Source of the DNA: a virus
Virus record (IMG/VR): IMGVR_UViG_3300030331_002523
Location: 1 to 64,000 of that record
DNA: 64,000 bases
Reading direction: 5' to 3' (one strand)
Below the pieces are notes generated by a model that worked only from the letters and a program-made list of their open reading frames with translations, made no database searches and was not told where the DNA came from. Position 1 is the first letter of the stretch; each line of letters begins with the position of its first letter. This document shows, piece by piece, positions 32,301 through 41,800 of the stretch. Made by a program: the position numbers and the translations under genes.

Positions 32301-35300
32301 AGGATGGGCCAGTTAAGTTTGCTATGTCACCAAACTTTATTAGAGTTATTGAAGCTTCTGATACAGGAGATTTTGTAACATTACCAGTTAGAAAAATGAT
32401 AGAGGATAGTGGAGATGGTATACAATTAACTAAAGAAGGTATAGAAGGATTTAAAGAAGCAATCAAGCAAGAATTTAACAGGATTAGACAAGCAAGTCAA
32501 GAAGGCAATGTTGATAATGAAGAGAACTTTGAAAAGAAGTTAACATTTACAAATACAAAAGAACTTCTTAAAATTATAAAGAAGAGAAATAGATTAAGAG
32601 TATCATATAGAGATCCTAACTTAGGTGCGGATGTAAAAGAAGCTATTATATCAGGCAATCAAAAGGTTATGTTATCTAATACTACCTCAGCTAGTTTCTC
32701 AAATCTAAGTGCTAATCAGCAAGGTAGAATAATGTTTGAGGAGATTGATCCTAATGTTGATATTACAATGTCTAATCAAGGTAAGGTAAATGCTAAAGAT
32801 CTTTCTGATGAACAAGTTACACAGTTGATAAAAGACTTTGGATCATATATAGGTAAGACAAAAGAAGGTAAAAGAATATATACTTTTAGTATAGGTGAAA
32901 CTACCTATTATACTTATAGTCCTACTATTGCACAGTTCTTCCAGTCTAGAAATTATGAAAACGGAAGAGAATTAACTTTATTTAGATTTACAACAAGTGA
33001 AGATCAAACAGCATTAGTCTTAAATGAAGATGGATCTGTAGAAGCAGCTGATGTTGATATGTCTGTTGTAGAAGTTTTAGAAACATTTGCTAAAGATCCA
33101 GATGTTACATTTGAAACAGCATGGAATTCATCAGGAGCTGAAGAAGTGATGACTACTAGATTAATAAATGAAGCAACAGAGTTTATTGAATTACTAAAAG
33201 ATTTTAAAGCTTATAATAAAATTTCAAGTGAAATATCTGTTGGTTTAGGTAAAATGGTTTCTAATGATAAAGGAACTGTTAGTTATGATAGAACCGATGA
33301 TACTGAAAAGATATCTGAATTATATAACCTAAAGGATGATTCATTAGATTATAACCTTGTACAGATCTTTTTAAATAATTATCTAAACACAAAAACATTT
33401 AATGATCTAATCTTAGGAGATCAGTCAATAACTTTGGGTGATGCTATTACAGCAATTAAAAGAGCTAAGATGCAAAATGCTGCAGGAAAAGCTGCTGCCC
33501 ATGATATTACTGCCCCTGCTTTAGGTATTAATCATTCTTTAGAAAGTATAGCTCAAGTAACATACAATGACTCTAGATATAAGAAATTATTTACACAAGT
33601 TTTGCAAGAGCAAAAACCTGATCTAAAACCTGGTGAAAGAGGTGATGGTCAAATGCTTATTACACTTAAGGCCATGAGACACTTTATGTTTGGTTTTGGA
33701 ACTTTAACTAAAGCACAAGCAAGAATACTAGATCTTATTGATGAAGGTGATTTAGAAACTGTAGAAAGAGAATTTTTTGGAACAAGAGACTTTGCTAGTT
33801 ATAAAAAACTAGATGCAATTATAAATTCACAAAAGCTTGTATATGGTGATGGTCAGACATACCTAAAAATGTCTGCTTTTATACTTACTAAAAACTTTAC
33901 ATCTGTTAAAGATGCATCAGGAAACTGGGTAGCTATAGATGGTAGAGAAGGTTTACACAATCTTAGAGAAAAATTAGAAAAGTATGAATCAGATAATAAC
34001 ACTGTAGGTATAGCAGTTCCTGAGTCAGCTTCCAAGATGTACAAAAGAAATGTAATTACTGAAAGAGATGCATTTAGCACAGCACCTTTAGATGAAACTA
34101 ATACATCTACAATAGATGCAGCATTTATGCGTCAACAAGTAATTAATCCATCTAATAAGACTGAGCAAGTTGATGCACGTCAGATTCTAAATCTAATTAC
34201 TGGTGAACAGAATAGAACAGATAAGGTTATGCTAGATGGTGTTGAGTTACCAGTAGGAGATGTTATTGATCTTTATCATCAAGCTAGAGAAGATAAGCAA
34301 GCAAATGCATACTTTAGTAAAAGAAACTTAGTATTTGATTTTAAAGGCATACTAACTGACTTCTTAGACTTTAAGCAAACTCAAGAAGTTACACCTAGAC
34401 TTACAGCATTTTTACAGTTTGCACAAGCTGGTTTACGTGCTTCTCAAGCTAAGAGTCAAATGCTATCTTACTTTTCTATGGAAGAGAGTGGTACTGGAGA
34501 TCCTGATTTTAACTTAAACAATCAGCTAACAGCAAGAAAGTTCCAAGAGTTATTCTTGTCCTTTATAAGTAAAGGTACTATATCAGCCAGACAACCTGGT
34601 ATATCTGCCGCACTTGTGTCTGATGATCAGTTCCAAGTTGTAAAACAAGTTATAGCTACAGACGCAAAAGGTACACCTACTGAGTGGAGAGTTATAAGAC
34701 AAAAGGATTGGGAGTCAATAAAAGCTGATAACACTTTAATTAAAAAGTATGCTGATCCTGAAAATGAAATACATGAAGGATTATCAAAAGATCAATTTTA
34801 CTTAGACCGTCTTAGAATGGCAAAGGACAAAGATGGTAATGAGTATATGGAGATGGTTATACCACCACACTTTAAATCTATACTTGATAATCTAGATCAG
34901 TTAGATATGTATGAAGATCTACCAGATTCTATTGCAAAGTATTTTGGTGTAAGAATACCATCACAAGACAAACACTCTGCTGCAAACTTAAAAGTAGTAG
35001 ATTGGTTACCTGTATATTATGGATCATCTGCAATATTTGCAAGAGAACTTGTAGAATTATCTGGAGCTGACTTTGATATTGATAAGTTATATATGCAGAT
35101 TAAAGACTTTTATTATGCAAATGGACAGTTTAAAGAGTTTGGATCAGCACAATCAGAGATAGATAAGTATGAAGAGTATGTAGAGTTTATTAAAAGAGAA
35201 GTAAAGAATCCTACATCTATATATAGACAAGCTGTAGATGCTTGGGTTGAGCAAGGTTCAGTAATTGAAGAAGGTATTGTTGATGTTATAAAAAATGAAG

Positions 35301-38300
35301 ATTATGATGCATTATCAAGAGAAGAGAGAGCTAGGATTACACAAGGTAATTTTAAAATTGCAGCTGAGATATTAAGTTTAGATCCTACATTAGATATAGA
35401 GTCTGATTTATTTTTCAAGACTGTATATGGAGTACCTGAAGCTTTGACTTCTTTAGGACTTCCTGTTTCTTTTGAGCAGTATACAGAGTTTAAAGAAAAG
35501 AATAGACGTGAGCCATATAATGCTCCTATAGATAATAAGATATTAGATTATAAGTTTGCATTACTTGGTCACCCTGGTATGAGTGAAGGTAAGAATGGTA
35601 GACCTCTTGGTATAGCTAAAGAACCTGCAAACTTAGTACCACTTAAAGATGACTTAAATAAGATGGGTGCTCTTGAGTTTATACTTGAAGAGATGCCAGA
35701 ACTTGCAGAGTTTATTAATGATGTTGACATAGATGTAGATAACTTTAATGGACAATTATTAGCATACGAATCCAATAAAGAGGGTGCAAGATCTATTGGT
35801 ACAGTTGTTTTACCTAATATTGTAGTAAATATTCTAAAAGAGTTTGGTATTGAAGTAAGAACTAGACTAGTAGATGATGTTGAACAAATAAAAAGATTTA
35901 CATATAATGATGTTGAATATACTAAGTTTGTTGATTATGTTATTAATGAAGAAGGTGTAGCAGATCCAAAATTATTTAGAACACAGTTTATTATATCTGC
36001 CCTTGTAACAGCAATGACAGATAATGCTAAAGAAAGATTGGCTGCTAAGTTAGGATTAAAGAAACAGACGCTTGGTATGGTAACTCAAATGACTGCAATG
36101 GGTCTTAATATAAAAGACTCTGTTCTAATGTTACAACATCCTACAATTAAAAAAGCATTATTTGAAGCTACAAATAAAGAGGATATATTTGATCCTGGTT
36201 TTGCTACATTATTAGGTCTAAGGATGTTAGCTCTTGAAAATTATTTTGCTGATAATGAAGTTGATACAGATAAACTTAAATTTAAATTTAATAGGGAAAA
36301 CTTAATAGATAGTGTGAGAAGAACTCCATTAAATCCTGAGTTAGCATCAGATGAGATTGACCCAAAAACACCAATTAATGACCTAGTGTTTGAGTATACA
36401 TTTTTAGAACAGTTTACTATAGCGCTAGGACAAGCTGACTTTATGTATAATATGTCAGTTTTATTACAATTACAAACAGGTTTCACAAGAGATTTATATG
36501 ACTTTAATGAAATAACTAAAGCTGCTGAGAAACTTGGCTTGTATATGAGCAACAAAGAGTTTGCAGAGAGCAATTTACCGTTTGATGTTAGACCAATATT
36601 TAAAGGAGAAAATTCATTCCATGCATTTTATTTTAACGCATTTGAAGAGTTAAGAACAGATTTATTACCTAAGCTTTTTGTAGAGTTAACAGATCCATTC
36701 AAAAAGATTGAGAATACTATATTGGGCAGTACAACGATAAGAGATAAAGCAGACTCAGTTGCTCTAACTAATAATGTTATTGCTATATTAAACACAATGG
36801 CATATATGGAATCACTCAGAAATGATTCACAATACAATGGTACACAACTTGCAAGTTTAAATAATGCGTTTATTTATCCAAATGCTAAGTATGGCATACC
36901 ACTGACAGCAGAACAAAAAGCTGCAGGTATAACAGAGAATTTGGATATAGCAAGTGTTGTTACAAGATTAAGAGAAAACAGTAACTATAATTACTTTATA
37001 GATGAGTTTATATCTTTACGTGAGGTTGATAGCGAGCATAACTATGAGGGTCTTACACAAGTTATAACAAATAACTTTACAAGATTATCAGATGCTAATC
37101 TAACTAATATTCAAAATGATATATTATCTTTATATAGTAACCGTAGAACATATAAAGACACTCTTCATTTAGTAAATTATCTTCTTGTTAAAGATGGATT
37201 TATGCGTGCAAAGAATTCATTTATATCTGTTTTACCAATTGATTTAACAAGAGATATATTAAACTCAATAGATAAGGTACAAAAGTTATTCCTTACAGAA
37301 AATGCAGGAGATGAGGCATACAAAAGAGTATTTGGTAAAACATACTCTGATCTTAAAGAGTATATAGTATTTGAATATCTACAAAGAACAAGCAATAAAT
37401 TTTTCTTAAAAAGAAAAAATAATGATGCTATAGCTACTTCATATTTAGGTGAGTATGAAGAGATAGATTATGAAGATGGAAGAATAATTATAGACGCTGA
37501 TGTTACTGAGTCAGAAACTTCATCTAATATGCTTTCTAGATATGGTAAGAGATCTTTTACATACGCTGGTAAAACTTTCTATAGTGTGGAACATGCATAT
37601 CAGGTTATGTTAAGCGGAAGTTTTGATGCTAGTTTAGATAAGAAGTGGAGATCTGGTAAAGGAGATCCAATAGATTCTATACCTGGTAAGAGAGGAACAG
37701 GTAAACTTAAGAGTAGAAGAAAGGGTAAAGATAACGCAGCTTTACTAACACAATTGACTAGAATTTCTATTTTACAGAATGCTAATATGGAAACTGAGAA
37801 TGGTGTTCCATTAGCTCAACAAGTTGTTTATAACTCACAGTTTGATTTTGTTGGTGAAACAAAAGCTGATGCTGATGCTATTAGACAGGGTATTTCACAA
37901 GCTAGATCTCAGTTAAGATTTGAGACTGTTAAAGATCAAAATGGTGTTGAAGATCTAAAATATATATCTACAGAAAAAATAGCTGAAAGAGAAAAGGCTT
38001 CTAAAGATGCGCTTAAGAGTCCTGTATATGATGATACTGTTAAAGGTGAGTTTATTATTGATTTATATAAAGGTTTACCTACATTCTTTGATAAAACTGT
38101 AAAGAAAATAAGAAGACTAAAGGTTAAAAAAGGAGATGCTACAGGTGTCCAAAAATTAAAAGATAATGCTAATGAAATAAGAAAAGCTGGTTTTGTTACT
38201 AAATTTAGAGAAATAAAAGTACAGGGTCAAACGTTTGTTAGGCTAGAGATTGATGCACCTTTAGAGTTTTTAAGAACTAATAGAGATGGTGTAGATGAAG

Positions 38301-38878
38301 TTTATAAGCTTGTTGAAGTACAGAGAGATGGAGATTATAAAGCAGAAGATAAATTAGATCTATTGTTACCTACAAATGAAACAGAAGTATTTGGAAACTA
38401 TTTACGCTATAAGAACATAGGTCCACCAAAAGGTTCAAGATCACAGAATGTAGTTGGTTTCTTATTTGGAGAAAGTCCTAATGAACAGCAGATAGATCAA
38501 CTTAATTTAGCTAAATTTGCAATGGATGTAGAAGATGTTTCAGATGATTTTGAAGCGCAAGAGGAAGACTTTACTACAGAAGAAGATGCTAGAGAAGGAG
38601 AAGATCAGACAGCTGAACTATTCTCTGCATTGGGAGTAGCAGAAGAAGCAACAACAGAAGAAGAAGCAGAAGCTGAAGATGTTGATCCTGGTACAGAATC
38701 ATTAGAAGAACAATTAGAACTTACAAAAGATGCATTAGTTGAAGCATTTTATGATAACTTAACAGAAGAGCAAAAAGAGATAGTAGGAACTAAAGATGAA
38801 ATAATGGAAGCTTATTTATCATATCAGCAAGATGCAGAAGAATTTATAGAGAATATTAAAAAATGTTATTTAAAATAA
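23354..38878 (+). CDS. Virion-associated two-barrel DNA-dependent RNA polymerase polyprotein (5174 aa) with zincin and NADAR-like domains
   Basis: Catalytic loop GADFDIDKLY (DFDID at 35069-35083) preceded by RIPSQ, as in phi14:2 gp66-type vRNAPs; HEAFH (29972-29986) with downstream EEFMADEF; hydrophobic N-terminal ejection region. Confidence 0.9.
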   Translation: MALEELNTYSGAVDNTPNNQNNPEDNNRIAPDNLQVQTVLDPVTINQGPTQVGKTHQNNLGRIVPGPAPGMIDLEVRDVLIPSPLPIGPLDPTVVENADVLQNVLKYNPVEMNFPGVLDPNSPIYKQQPTPKLQLTDLQKEIQMFGQDTNMPDPVTAEQPLRFGIKATNYDRYDAPGFEQLFNDIGFHPYVDNESYYNANSTWWDENARMRSQWGKIFSTGFMSTYRAISDAFRGDYLAPDTSGSDVFEDAMRIGNSSKGGTGAFFNNLALNSGYTFGILANIAVEELALAGLEAVTFGGATPVVASRTAYNLVRGGKALRGAPKVKQTAAASKSLLQRMKNFDFTRDVWNAGGRFLGNAVTPNTYKAIKNIYTTNNTARQLSGLAKISSTVGGLYRDVRAVNLAMSESKLEAGFVENSTFNNLYSQHLADFGAPPTGKPLEDMRMAGAEAAFTATLWNFPLIYFSNAIVFDTALRGFKGLAKPMADLTTEAGKRVVRKTKGQLAKETAKKGTKGSVEAYVDLGKTVSGFGIRRTFKRGIRGNLNLLKWGGLRYFGANYVEGMQEVGQEAIAVGAEDYYTNLYNDPSMGGIDAQMASIYHGIGSQMTSHGFEVFMSGFLMGGLVQGPQKLVFNTLPELFQSKFNKEKFAAYDKSREDYIKNVVKVSNEVYNDPDFYFNETKLNAIQQKLSNEDFFAASYAGSALNGYDAKDSGIFHHLYTLAESGKLHDFRQDIKAFQKLDDKALLEAFPQATEEDVKSGKLRERLTQMETRLDKIDKAYKKLNDEIINPFDPSLYKEGTQEHLNEKINQAAFHHAKMISIFANDTFERAVERANSMYNDISEISGEFATNDVDNLLDIKKLISEIDLLKIEIELSNKPEIVLNEEGEAVEQKKELSDDEKILIEKKKERLVLLQNIFKVLSNPAFVNRGPFVSVVPKQDEEEEQTEQQKATEQQIYEKSLETMRARILSDEALKTDPDLIRKLAASVSDPFGEFKTENIEELTAVIRPYLEFLLINTENADVSSLPTDITEIVQKIIDYKTVKGRSEDVDFAMRNILSPENLASLAEKIAPRFKKVYFENKGKVEERIRNYVGIVERNEFLSTLAKAGIFPRDEQVAKFLKDGTMPTIYGNYNGVIDETSGQPWTILQDAIKKYEGIRSKKDKPKSQETTEKDETNVDDNFNYEENFEDIDPEPEVDPDNIEAEQEKIEDKKIAKDYLKEQWRKYVKLRSSKDQNYLDYTAWLKSDNSRTVRKRAKAINDIVQNVYTPAIVSGETTKPFYEFLSEKRNDRRVRDILRLYNLTIGQISSAALPKSVDTSNENTKKRKTTPHSSGLNIQKRSMRTKEGEEVTEYIIVDNNKDPINDNIYSTAREATTARNAIAKAETPEETYTIGQEQISKGEIVQDKNGNWWTVQSDKKQVEGGKITLHKYNVKNPRKKDKKNIKISTFQKGYTVVTNDEINFINTVSKLPVREPLTVFPARDNKIENYEERVAKSVEQQQEFFRKLTPSQIELIDVEIIKNQQQGDIDIRNRRSFRFGDKETNDKIKLGSQRYSIKLSLYNSKTKTNDVLGYFQGPETALFLTQSGKNGKQLSPFQIDESNVREYFIIYPNQNIQDVVKQIHENYTAGFYIYDQIDKMFENRIESKLEVKLSDLPFLSAALSPGQQSLNPNNDRIPFNTLETQFVLGDTTDTTDGNKPYYILDFQRDYERRGDDKITALPITNIKSNTELRARIREKVKDFQKSDIKNKLGRYFAYVELENGAGSFVDLSPAEMSDADFNKMLADMKKVSQNTYDNNTEENKAGARVAKKLNYKNNDELSKKLNEELFIATDKKGEYITLSYSPASGLTIDYVNLNAKKNSKKRKGKGFMSNDNLQKVRDQVDFAKELNSIIKDASGIDIKPESFKYSVNKEGEGIDIIGLMLTRHKPEIKSNFSLQLKVDPVEISLEKYQANLLTSLNLEEVTEDNETEEAPLKLTSEEKIEIVKSDYKAVSREKLKSIARKLVNGEVLDEFDNNILEENNDVIDGLKLEIISENNEGVITESGAANQTVLDALDIAEKALDDFIKDYRKARLEELGDTMNQASKNRLINKEIKDFKSNPANPLYLSYRKLINTINQLEDDSNAYKITDEFDGNDIEDVDTFGRWLQENVNTDYVQLDPGLVVDKMINDKTIVGKVIMSFQRIADGTPGLTTTIKVGTDTPFKYHEAFHAVFRTFLTDAEISKYLSLAAVKVNAKLKAEGKTLDQALEEMRMEHPMYTQMDKATLTDRLYEEFMADEFDKFKMDQRSANVDTETKSLFQRIIDLILSILGRFQTNTLTRLYKNIDSGKYKNAGVAQNRFTSPFLNEFDTTPSVALKVSIKLGTKTIKKFNSDKTSYIKKRINNYMPADDQHTIISGITNLFIMREMKSDYPNPEVILDEAIFDFIELYNPDREFYTAQEDWYTENAQKIDLYYTSLLNQADKLKEAVLDRLADFNYQVDQKSIEREEAEADFGDITSEQWDRQVNEIGGYGSAPRLVRRLLAGTTIAEQDMFGNKFVDENNKEPVLVSIDYNMVYESLLKIAAGETNTRRMLEKIWVYADGNPQTKAAVDEMYKQMGIIEFARSGELFDPTQPMPTINSESGVQESLYQMFTNTFKNFRQDYMIVHRDKGTGIVHLYSATKSDDAHHSLIQMADSFNTKYSKLKIEGSEEKQLAIDALEDLAQFISYRQVPEDINLLDEAKRISTDLYNTTGIKVSANYLLFSLYQRLIDQNIELDYKQELLFEAFDYAEPIVFEDVQEITKSIQRNENIFLDNQFDERDQSNNEEKQTEQEQDTETEPEQYEAGAQGRLRSIALNNAYFDESIGSSTFFDAENNRIYSHQQGTFHLEKIAEMDNADFIDLKKGESAYMSDNFLINDPAFQSMVMNGQVRSMRIGGYKEGRLAVSPAGKIKAAKSYNRNEKGTKFGSLTPQQFILSVIDAYLYNYNRISPDKTKLGSYEGKDGPVKFAMSPNFIRVIEASDTGDFVTLPVRKMIEDSGDGIQLTKEGIEGFKEAIKQEFNRIRQASQEGNVDNEENFEKKLTFTNTKELLKIIKKRNRLRVSYRDPNLGADVKEAIISGNQKVMLSNTTSASFSNLSANQQGRIMFEEIDPNVDITMSNQGKVNAKDLSDEQVTQLIKDFGSYIGKTKEGKRIYTFSIGETTYYTYSPTIAQFFQSRNYENGRELTLFRFTTSEDQTALVLNEDGSVEAADVDMSVVEVLETFAKDPDVTFETAWNSSGAEEVMTTRLINEATEFIELLKDFKAYNKISSEISVGLGKMVSNDKGTVSYDRTDDTEKISELYNLKDDSLDYNLVQIFLNNYLNTKTFNDLILGDQSITLGDAITAIKRAKMQNAAGKAAAHDITAPALGINHSLESIAQVTYNDSRYKKLFTQVLQEQKPDLKPGERGDGQMLITLKAMRHFMFGFGTLTKAQARILDLIDEGDLETVEREFFGTRDFASYKKLDAIINSQKLVYGDGQTYLKMSAFILTKNFTSVKDASGNWVAIDGREGLHNLREKLEKYESDNNTVGIAVPESASKMYKRNVITERDAFSTAPLDETNTSTIDAAFMRQQVINPSNKTEQVDARQILNLITGEQNRTDKVMLDGVELPVGDVIDLYHQAREDKQANAYFSKRNLVFDFKGILTDFLDFKQTQEVTPRLTAFLQFAQAGLRASQAKSQMLSYFSMEESGTGDPDFNLNNQLTARKFQELFLSFISKGTISARQPGISAALVSDDQFQVVKQVIATDAKGTPTEWRVIRQKDWESIKADNTLIKKYADPENEIHEGLSKDQFYLDRLRMAKDKDGNEYMEMVIPPHFKSILDNLDQLDMYEDLPDSIAKYFGVRIPSQDKHSAANLKVVDWLPVYYGSSAIFARELVELSGADFDIDKLYMQIKDFYYANGQFKEFGSAQSEIDKYEEYVEFIKREVKNPTSIYRQAVDAWVEQGSVIEEGIVDVIKNEDYDALSREERARITQGNFKIAAEILSLDPTLDIESDLFFKTVYGVPEALTSLGLPVSFEQYTEFKEKNRREPYNAPIDNKILDYKFALLGHPGMSEGKNGRPLGIAKEPANLVPLKDDLNKMGALEFILEEMPELAEFINDVDIDVDNFNGQLLAYESNKEGARSIGTVVLPNIVVNILKEFGIEVRTRLVDDVEQIKRFTYNDVEYTKFVDYVINEEGVADPKLFRTQFIISALVTAMTDNAKERLAAKLGLKKQTLGMVTQMTAMGLNIKDSVLMLQHPTIKKALFEATNKEDIFDPGFATLLGLRMLALENYFADNEVDTDKLKFKFNRENLIDSVRRTPLNPELASDEIDPKTPINDLVFEYTFLEQFTIALGQADFMYNMSVLLQLQTGFTRDLYDFNEITKAAEKLGLYMSNKEFAESNLPFDVRPIFKGENSFHAFYFNAFEELRTDLLPKLFVELTDPFKKIENTILGSTTIRDKADSVALTNNVIAILNTMAYMESLRNDSQYNGTQLASLNNAFIYPNAKYGIPLTAEQKAAGITENLDIASVVTRLRENSNYNYFIDEFISLREVDSEHNYEGLTQVITNNFTRLSDANLTNIQNDILSLYSNRRTYKDTLHLVNYLLVKDGFMRAKNSFISVLPIDLTRDILNSIDKVQKLFLTENAGDEAYKRVFGKTYSDLKEYIVFEYLQRTSNKFFLKRKNNDAIATSYLGEYEEIDYEDGRIIIDADVTESETSSNMLSRYGKRSFTYAGKTFYSVEHAYQVMLSGSFDASLDKKWRSGKGDPIDSIPGKRGTGKLKSRRKGKDNAALLTQLTRISILQNANMETENGVPLAQQVVYNSQFDFVGETKADADAIRQGISQARSQLRFETVKDQNGVEDLKYISTEKIAEREKASKDALKSPVYDDTVKGEFIIDLYKGLPTFFDKTVKKIRRLKVKKGDATGVQKLKDNANEIRKAGFVTKFREIKVQGQTFVRLEIDAPLEFLRTNRDGVDEVYKLVEVQRDGDYKAEDKLDLLLPTNETEVFGNYLRYKNIGPPKGSRSQNVVGFLFGESPNEQQIDQLNLAKFAMDVEDVSDDFEAQEEDFTTEEDAREGEDQTAELFSALGVAEEATTEEEAEAEDVDPGTESLEEQLELTKDALVEAFYDNLTEEQKEIVGTKDEIMEAYLSYQQDAEEFIENIKKCYLK

Positions 38879-38884
38879 AAAACC

Positions 38885-41800
38885 ATGGCAGTTTGTTACA
38901 ATAGAAATACAGAAGAATACAAAGCTCTAAAGACAGAGTTTAAAAGTCCTTTTATTGTAGATTCAATAATAAGAGATTATCAAATTATAAATAAGAATGA
39001 TAATATTCCTACTGTTGAAGAGGCTCTTGAGGTTGTTAATGATCAAAAATCTATTAACAAGATAACTACAAGAAAAGCTGTATCAACTATTTACGCAAAC
39101 TTAGTGTCTAAAGGTTATGTCTATCAAAGAGGTAATAAGTATTATGTAACTAATAATAGTATACAAGTTGCTAAAATTGCTGCTAAATATCTTGAGACAG
39201 CAGGATTTCCTAAATCTACTTTACAAGTAAGAAAGGGAGCTAATATAATGGAAGCTGTTGTTAATGACTCAATAAACTATGGTGATATTATAACTAATAT
39301 AAATATAGATCAAGACAGAACACACACTGTAAAAGTATTAGATGAATTAACTAAGAAAGTCCAAGGTCTTAAATATGCTGTAATGGATTCAGCTACTGCA
39401 GGTGCTCTATATAAGATGTTACCAAATGAAGTAAAACAAGATGTTCCATTTTCAGAAGTAAAGTCTTTTTTCTATGATGGTGCTGCTATACTTATAAAAG
39501 GAAGAGTAAATAATGCTGTAGCACTTGAGGAAGTATTACACCCTGTGGTTGAATCTTTTTACTTAGATGATATAGAGCTGTTTAATAGATTTGTAGAAGA
39601 GGTATCACCAGAAATAAAAGAAGAAGTAGAAGAAAGATATTCTGCTCAGAGAGGCTTTACTGAGAAAGAAAGACAGCTAGAGATGGTTACTAAAGCATTG
39701 AGCCAACATTTTAGTGGTGAAAGACCTGCTACATCAAGATCTTTCATTCAGATTATGAATGATTTTCTTAAATGGTTTGCTGATGTAATTAGATCATTAT
39801 ATAAAAAACTATCAGGTAAAACTCTTAATTTATCAGACTCAGTTATAAATTCTTCAATGAACTTATCTGATCTTGCAAGAAAACTTAATACAGAAGATTT
39901 ACAGTTTGTATTAAATCCAAAAGCATTACAACCAGAAAAGGTGAGATATGCATTATCACCACAGAAAAAGACTGTGCTTAATAATATAATTAAACAACAT
40001 AGTTTTCCTGTTCAAAAGATGTTAATTGAAAATTTATTTCATGGGGTTGCTTCTGCTAAAGATAGATTTAATGATTTAGCTGCAGCACAGGTTGTATTTG
40101 TAGATGGTAAGTATGAGAATGTAGAAACTGGAGAAGAATATAGATCAGCACGTGAAGCTCTAATGGGTGATCAGTTTGATAGTAGCTTTGATGTAGAAGA
40201 AGTTTTTGGTGAAGATCTTAGTAAAGTATTATATGGTGCTGTATTAGGAACATCATATGAAACAATTGAGAAAGGTTTTACTAAAATAAGCAGGGGTAAT
40301 CAAGAAGTTGAAGCAATGTATAACGATCTTGTTACAAGGATTGATACCATGAAAGATTTAGATAAGTCTGTATTTATACCAGAAGTAATTATAGCAGACC
40401 ATACAAATAAGATAGCTGATACTGTACATATCCTTAAAGTGGACAGATATGGACAATTTACACCAATAAATTTAAGAATTGGTAAAGTAAGTAAAAAGTC
40501 AAAAATATATAGAGATAGAACAGAAGCTGTATCAAATACTAGTTTATTCTTTGAAGAAGGTGCTGAATTTGTTCTAACACCAAAGATGCAAGACAACCTT
40601 AGATTAGGAGTGCAAAGAAGAATGTTTGAAAACTTAGGTTATGTCTTATCTGATGCTGGTACTACATTCCACGTACAAAAGAAAGGTAACAACTATATAA
40701 TAGAAGACACAACATTACATATGTTATCTGAGAATGAATATCTAATTAATCAGGTAATGCCAGAAAATGTTGATGAAGAGAATGCTGCTGTTATTGATCA
40801 GATATTAAGTATAGATAGAAACCCTGAGATTGATGTTACTTTTGATGATTTTGAGGTAGAAGATGTACCAGAGATTGGTGCTGATATGTTTGATGCTCTT
40901 GTACGTGCTCTTACAGACTTTAGAAAAGGTTTAATATCTAGAGAACAGGCTTTGACAAATGCAAGGAATGTGTTACAAATGGATAAGTCTAGGGCTCAAA
41001 TGCTTAAGGAAGTGGGCATGACTAGAACATTAATAGAGCAAAATATTAATGATCCAGATGAAATTACCAGAGTATACTTTGAAATAGTAAATGATAGTAT
41101 AAAACAAATTCAAGAGTTTAAAGAATATATAGGTGATCCTGATAACTTTAACAAACCAGAGTATATAACAAGAGTATTATCATGGCAAAAATTTGTTGAG
41201 AGCTATAGAGGGTTGGCTAATATTGCTGAGTCAGAAGGATTAAGCTCAAATCAAAAGTCTAAGATTATTGAGCTTATTAAAGAACTAAACAGCTTAGTTG
41301 GTGTAAGAAGAGCTGATGGCACTATTGTTGAGTCAGGACAATTTGACTTAGCAATAAGAAATTATATAAAACAATTTGTACGTGATAATTCAAATCAAGA
41401 TTTTGATAATGAAGATCTTGAAGAACTATTAAATACTGCAAAAGATATAGGTTGGGGAGAACAAAATTTATATGATTTAGATGGATCAAAAGATACTTTA
41501 CTTGCGCTTATGGCTAAGAAGTATAAGTATGATCAGCAAACAATAAAAGATAGAATTGAAGCACGGATACCAAGAATTCAAGCAGCAACACTAAAGTTAA
41601 AACAAGCTAATGGTGGTAGATTAGACAAGAATGCGTTTGATTTTATGATTCAAATGATTGATGGTAAAATGACTGGTAGGTATGTGAAAAAAATAGGAAG
41701 TATATTTTACCAACAACTTAATGAATTAAATCAAAAACTATATGATGATGAAGGAGGATGGAAACAGTATATAGAAATAGATGATCTTGCTGATGCTACT

